64,000 bases of DNA from Alphaproteobacteria bacterium (GTDB lineage Bacteria; Pseudomonadota; Alphaproteobacteria; Bin95), in contig JAURGE010000007.1 in the NCBI GenBank assembly GCA_030833925.1, positions 8,048-72,047 of the forward strand, read 5' to 3'. The notes under the pieces are model-generated. The model worked only from the letters and a program-made list of their open reading frames with translations. It was not told where the DNA came from and searched no databases. The position numbers and the translations under genes are program-made. Shown here in pieces: positions 60,901 through 64,000 of the stretch (positions are counted from its first letter, which is position 1; every line of letters starts with the position of its first letter).

Positions 60901-62510
60901 GCCTCATTTCTCCACCACCGCATCACGACATCTATTCAATTGAAGATCTTGCACAGCTCATCCATGATCTTAAGAATGCCAACCCAAGCGCCCGTATTAG
61001 CGTAAAATTAGTTTCCGAAGTTGGTGTTGGCACTGTTGCGGCGGGTGTTTCAAAGGCGCGGGCTGACCACGTTACAATTTCCGGGTTCGAAGGCGGCACT
61101 GGAGCAAGCCCTATTACCTCTCTTACCCACGCTGGCAGCCCATGGGAAATTGGCCTGGCCGAAACCCATCAGACTCTTGTCTTGAACGGGCTCCGTGGGA
61201 GAATTGCAGTTCAGGTTGACGGAGGCCTTCGTACCGGCCGTGATGTCGTAATCGGCGCAATCTTAGGAGCAGACGAATTTGGCTTCGCCACCGCGCCCTT
61301 GATTGCCATGGGTTGCATCATGATGCGGAAGTGTCACTTGAATACGTGTCCAGTTGGAGTGGCAACCCAAAACCCTGAACTTCGCAAACGTTTTACCGGA
61401 ACACCTGAAAACGTAATCAATTACTTCTTTTTCCTCGCGGAAGAGATGCGAGATATTATGTCGAAGCTCGGAATCCGAACAGTGAACGAGCTGATCGGAT
61501 CGACGGAACTTCTCGATATGCGTGACGCGGTCGAGCAATGGAAGGCAGACGGAGTCGATTTGCGTCGGCTAATCTACAAACCCATACCTGCTGAAGGCGT
61601 AGCCACATTTAACTGCGAAATCCAAGACCACGGATTAGACAAAGCTCTCGACCAAGAATTAATTGCCAAGGCCAAACCTGCGTTAGATAATGGCGATGCT
61701 GTTGTTATTCACACCAAAGTTAGAAATGTGAATCGCACGGTAGGCGCCATGTTGTCCGGCGAGGTTGCAAAGAAATATGGTCACGCTGGATTACCGGAAG
61801 ATACTATCGCCATTAAAGCGACAGGAGTTGGTGGGCAAAGCTTTGGGGCGTTCTTGACCCGTGGCGTATCAATAGAACTTGAGGGCGTCGCTAACGACTA
61901 TGTAGGAAAAGGTCTATCTGGCGGGCGTATTTCAATTTTCCCTCCAAAAAACTCTCCCTATTCGCCAAAAGACAACATGATTATTGGAAATACCGTCCTC
62001 TACGGGGCCATCGAGGGCGAGTGTTACTTTAGAGGTGTTGCAGGCGAGCGTTTCTGCGTAAGGAACTCAGGTGCTTTCGCAGTGGTTGAAGGTACTGGTG
62101 ACCACGGCTGCGAATATATGACAGGCGGCTGTGTCGTTGTTCTAGGTTCCACCGGTGTGAACTTCGCAGCCGGAATGTCGGGAGGATTGGCATATGTCCA
62201 TGATCCTGATGGAAGTTTTTCATCTCGATGCAATAAGTCGATGGTGATACTTGAAAAAGTGGAGCCTTCCAGAGCTATAATGACACCACATGACTTCAAG
62301 AGCGACATGCTCAATCATGACGAAATGCGGCTTAAGACGATGATTGAGCGACATGTTCACTACACTGATAGCGATATCGCAAAATCACTCTTAGCCCGTT
62401 GGGAAGAGGCTCGCGGTGAATTTGTTAAGGTGATGCCGGAGGACTATCGGCGTGCCTTGCTAGAAATGAAATCTGATCAGGCCGAGACTAGGAGCGAGAC
62501 CCATGGGTAA
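57921..62510 (+). CDS. gltB: Glutamate synthase large subunit
   Basis: DACGVGF (Ntn Cys), [36 protein letters not shown]. Confidence 0.98.
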   Translation: MSKTPEAQGLYDPRNEHDACGVGFVADVKGRKSHQIIQEGLEILLKLDHRGAVGADPLAGDGAGLLSQIPDGFFRKQTLGFDLPPLGSYAVGQIFLPKNQEHSAPLEKLVEAYCRAEGLTVLGWRDVPVDGHGLGVSVIKTEPKTKQIFVTADYAGSDQDRFERKVFVARKSVANKITGEKIPGFEDFYISSMSSRTITYKGMLLAGQVGSYFLDLQDPDFTSALALVHQRFSTNTFPSWRLAHPYRMVCHNGEINTLRGNVNWMAARKHAMTSDLLGDDLEKLWPIIPEGQSDTACFDNALELLVMGGYSLAHAMMVLIPEAWSGNPLMDEKRRAFYEYYAAAMEPWDGPAAVAFTDGRQIGATLDRNGLRPARYLVTTDDKVVMASEIGVLDIPPEKIARQWRLQPGKMFLIDLDEGRIIDDAELKKGLSEARNYKDLLSKTQFNLGELAKVKAAAPTSNIPLIDRQQAFGYSQEDLKFFLEPMAAEGDDPIGSMGKDTPISVLSDKSKLLYTYFKQNFAQVTNPPIDPIREELVMSLVSMIGPRPNLFSVDVGDDPHWRLEVKQPILTNEDLEKIRHVKDLVGDAFRTATLDACWPAEQGLSGMKAAISRLQLEAEKAVRDDHQNILIISDRSMSESNIPIPALLACSAVHHHLIREGLRTETGLVVETGEAREVHHMCVLAGYGAEAINPYLAFDTIRDRLDELPEGINEEKAFKQYIKALNKGILKVMSKMGISTYQSYCGAQIFDAIGLSTEFIDEYFTGTATTVEGISVDEVARETVERHARAFSNDPTLERMLEVGGEYAFRLRGERHAWNPASVRALQHAVRGNLPNEYKTFADSINQQSRNLLTLRGLFDFKWANSPISIDEVEPASEIVKRFSTGAMSFGSISREAHTTLAVAMNRIGGRSNTGEGGEEADRFKPMPNGDSMRSRIKQVASGRFGVTTEYLVNADDIQIKMAQGAKPGEGGQLPGHKVDRNIAAVRHSTPGVGLISPPPHHDIYSIEDLAQLIHDLKNANPSARISVKLVSEVGVGTVAAGVSKARADHVTISGFEGGTGASPITSLTHAGSPWEIGLAETHQTLVLNGLRGRIAVQVDGGLRTGRDVVIGAILGADEFGFATAPLIAMGCIMMRKCHLNTCPVGVATQNPELRKRFTGTPENVINYFFFLAEEMRDIMSKLGIRTVNELIGSTELLDMRDAVEQWKADGVDLRRLIYKPIPAEGVATFNCEIQDHGLDKALDQELIAKAKPALDNGDAVVIHTKVRNVNRTVGAMLSGEVAKKYGHAGLPEDTIAIKATGVGGQSFGAFLTRGVSIELEGVANDYVGKGLSGGRISIFPPKNSPYSPKDNMIIGNTVLYGAIEGECYFRGVAGERFCVRNSGAFAVVEGTGDHGCEYMTGGCVVVLGSTGVNFAAGMSGGLAYVHDPDGSFSSRCNKSMVILEKVEPSRAIMTPHDFKSDMLNHDEMRLKTMIERHVHYTDSDIAKSLLARWEEARGEFVKVMPEDYRRALLEMKSDQAETRSETHG

Positions 62511-63930
62511 GCCTACTGGTTTCTTAGAGTTATCTCGTTCTGAAAGAGGATATCTGCCGGTTGAAGATCGGTTAAAAAATTACAACGAATTCGTTGTCCC
62601 TCTTTCTGAAACCGAAGTCAAAAGCCAGGGTGCCCGCTGTATGGATTGCGGCATACCGTTCTGCCACAACGGCTGCCCGGTGAATAACCAAATCCCTGAC
62701 TGGAATGACCTTGTCTATGAGGGAGAATGGCATCGGGCGCTAGTGAACCTTCACTCGACGAATAATTTTCCCGAATTCACAGGGCGCATTTGCCCAGCTC
62801 CTTGTGAAGAGTCTTGTGTACTTAACATAAATGATAATCCAGTCGCCATTAAAACGATTGAGTGTGCAATCGTCGATAAAGGTTTTGAAAACGGTTGGAT
62901 CAATCCTGAGCCACCTGAAAAAAAGACAGGCAAACGCGTTGCTGTTGTGGGGTCCGGCCCGGCAGGCTTGACTACAGCTCAGCAATTAGCAAGAGCAGGA
63001 CATGATGTTGTTCTCTTCGAGAAAAATGATCGGATAGGCGGTCTTCTTAGATACGGCATTCCAGATTTCAAAATGGAGAAACATCTTATCGACCGCCGCA
63101 TTGAACAGATGGCGGCGGAAGGTGTGGAATTCCGGACCGGGGTCAATGTTGGCATTGACATAAAATCGGCCGATTTAATGTCTGAGTTCGACGCCATAGT
63201 ATTATCCGGAGGAGCGGAAGCTCCCCGTGATCTGCCCGTTGAGGGCCGTAAACTAGATGGCGTTCATTTTGCCATGGAATTCCTGCCCCAACAGAATAAG
63301 CGTGTGGCTGGTGACATTGTACCAGACGACATTTCAATACTGGCAAATGGCAAGAAAGTACTTGTTATTGGTGGTGGCGATACTGGTTCAGACTGCATTG
63401 GAACGTCAAACCGTCACGGAGCTATTGGCGTTACCCAGCTCGAGATCATGCCCAAACCACCAGTGAAGGAAGATAAACCACTGGTATGGCCAGATTGGCC
63501 AATCAAGCTTCGCACTTCAACCAGCCATGACGAAGGTGCAGAGCGGAAATTTGCTGCATCCACCCTCGAATTTCAGGGTGAAAACGGAAAGGTGACAGGG
63601 GCGACCATCTCGGAAGTAGAGTGGACTAAAAGTGGGCCCCAGCCCATAAAGGGAACCGAGCAACAAATTGAATGCGACCTAGTCTTGCTAGCAATGGGTT
63701 TTGTTGGGCCTGTGAAGCAGGGCTTAATAGAAGAATTAGGCGTGGACCTCGACCAGCGCGGTAACGTTTTCGCCGATGATTTCACCTACAAAACTTCTGT
63801 AGATAAGGTCTTCACTGCTGGTGATATGCGCCGCGGTCAATCGCTTGTCGTATGGGCAATTCGGGAAGGACGGCAGTGCGCCCGCGCGGTCGACGAGTAC
63901 CTAATGGGCGCCACAAGACTCCCTCGTTAA
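62503..63930 (+). CDS. gltD: Glutamate synthase small subunit
   Basis: [42 protein letters not shown]. Confidence 0.98.
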   Translation: MGKPTGFLELSRSERGYLPVEDRLKNYNEFVVPLSETEVKSQGARCMDCGIPFCHNGCPVNNQIPDWNDLVYEGEWHRALVNLHSTNNFPEFTGRICPAPCEESCVLNINDNPVAIKTIECAIVDKGFENGWINPEPPEKKTGKRVAVVGSGPAGLTTAQQLARAGHDVVLFEKNDRIGGLLRYGIPDFKMEKHLIDRRIEQMAAEGVEFRTGVNVGIDIKSADLMSEFDAIVLSGGAEAPRDLPVEGRKLDGVHFAMEFLPQQNKRVAGDIVPDDISILANGKKVLVIGGGDTGSDCIGTSNRHGAIGVTQLEIMPKPPVKEDKPLVWPDWPIKLRTSTSHDEGAERKFAASTLEFQGENGKVTGATISEVEWTKSGPQPIKGTEQQIECDLVLLAMGFVGPVKQGLIEELGVDLDQRGNVFADDFTYKTSVDKVFTAGDMRRGQSLVVWAIREGRQCARAVDEYLMGATRLPR

Positions 63931-64000
63931 ACCAAAGCAACGAATGCCCAAGGATAACTGGGGCTGCAGACATATCCACTGCAGCCACCAGCCTAAAGCT

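Noticed and set aside
872-63785. Many short ORFs overlapping or antisense to recognised genes (for example 5088-5555, 30032-30673, 60149-60781)
   Set aside because: They are shadows of well-supported genes and carry no recognisable motifs
63962-63986. Hairpin GGCTGCAG / CTGCAGCC after gltD
   Set aside because: No T tract follows and it sits at the window edge, so it cannot be called a terminator
1-64000. CRISPR arrays, tRNA/rRNA, IS, integrase, prophage or defence genes
   Set aside because: No repeat-spacer periodicity or diagnostic motifs seen by eye; no covariance-model scan was run

Overview
A gene-dense 64-kb chromosomal window (about 65 CDS) from an alphaproteobacterium, probably Rhodospirillales-like. 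The assignment is inferred from the Shemin-pathway hemA, the phaC/alaC-hom-glpX-recJ and pyrB-pyrC-plsY synteny, and gltBD. Housekeeping genes alternate with many small catabolic enzymes of unknown substrate. The window holds a C-P lyase cluster (phnF, phnGHIJKLM, DUF1045, inverted phnN) with no phnCDE or phnP, and with putative Pho boxes and a PhnF-type operator. The main candidate for an undescribed system is two separate operons pairing amidohydrolase_2-fold proteins with unusual long-loop Rieske ferredoxins (16400-18392 and 33437-37609). This architecture matches amidohydrolase-fold dimetal monooxygenases (AibH1H2/AibG, PtmU3 type) rather than hydrolases, here with unexplained partners: a small helical protein, a cyclase and an MBL hydrolase. 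Other oddities are a Cys-free racemase homologue, an alpha/beta hydrolase lacking its nucleophile, a degenerate PyrC, a 30-codon luciferase-like gene remnant, a probable CTG start and a highly structured gltB leader. I recognised no rRNA, tRNA, CRISPR array, IS element or prophage. All calls come from reading motifs by eye; no database search was run.
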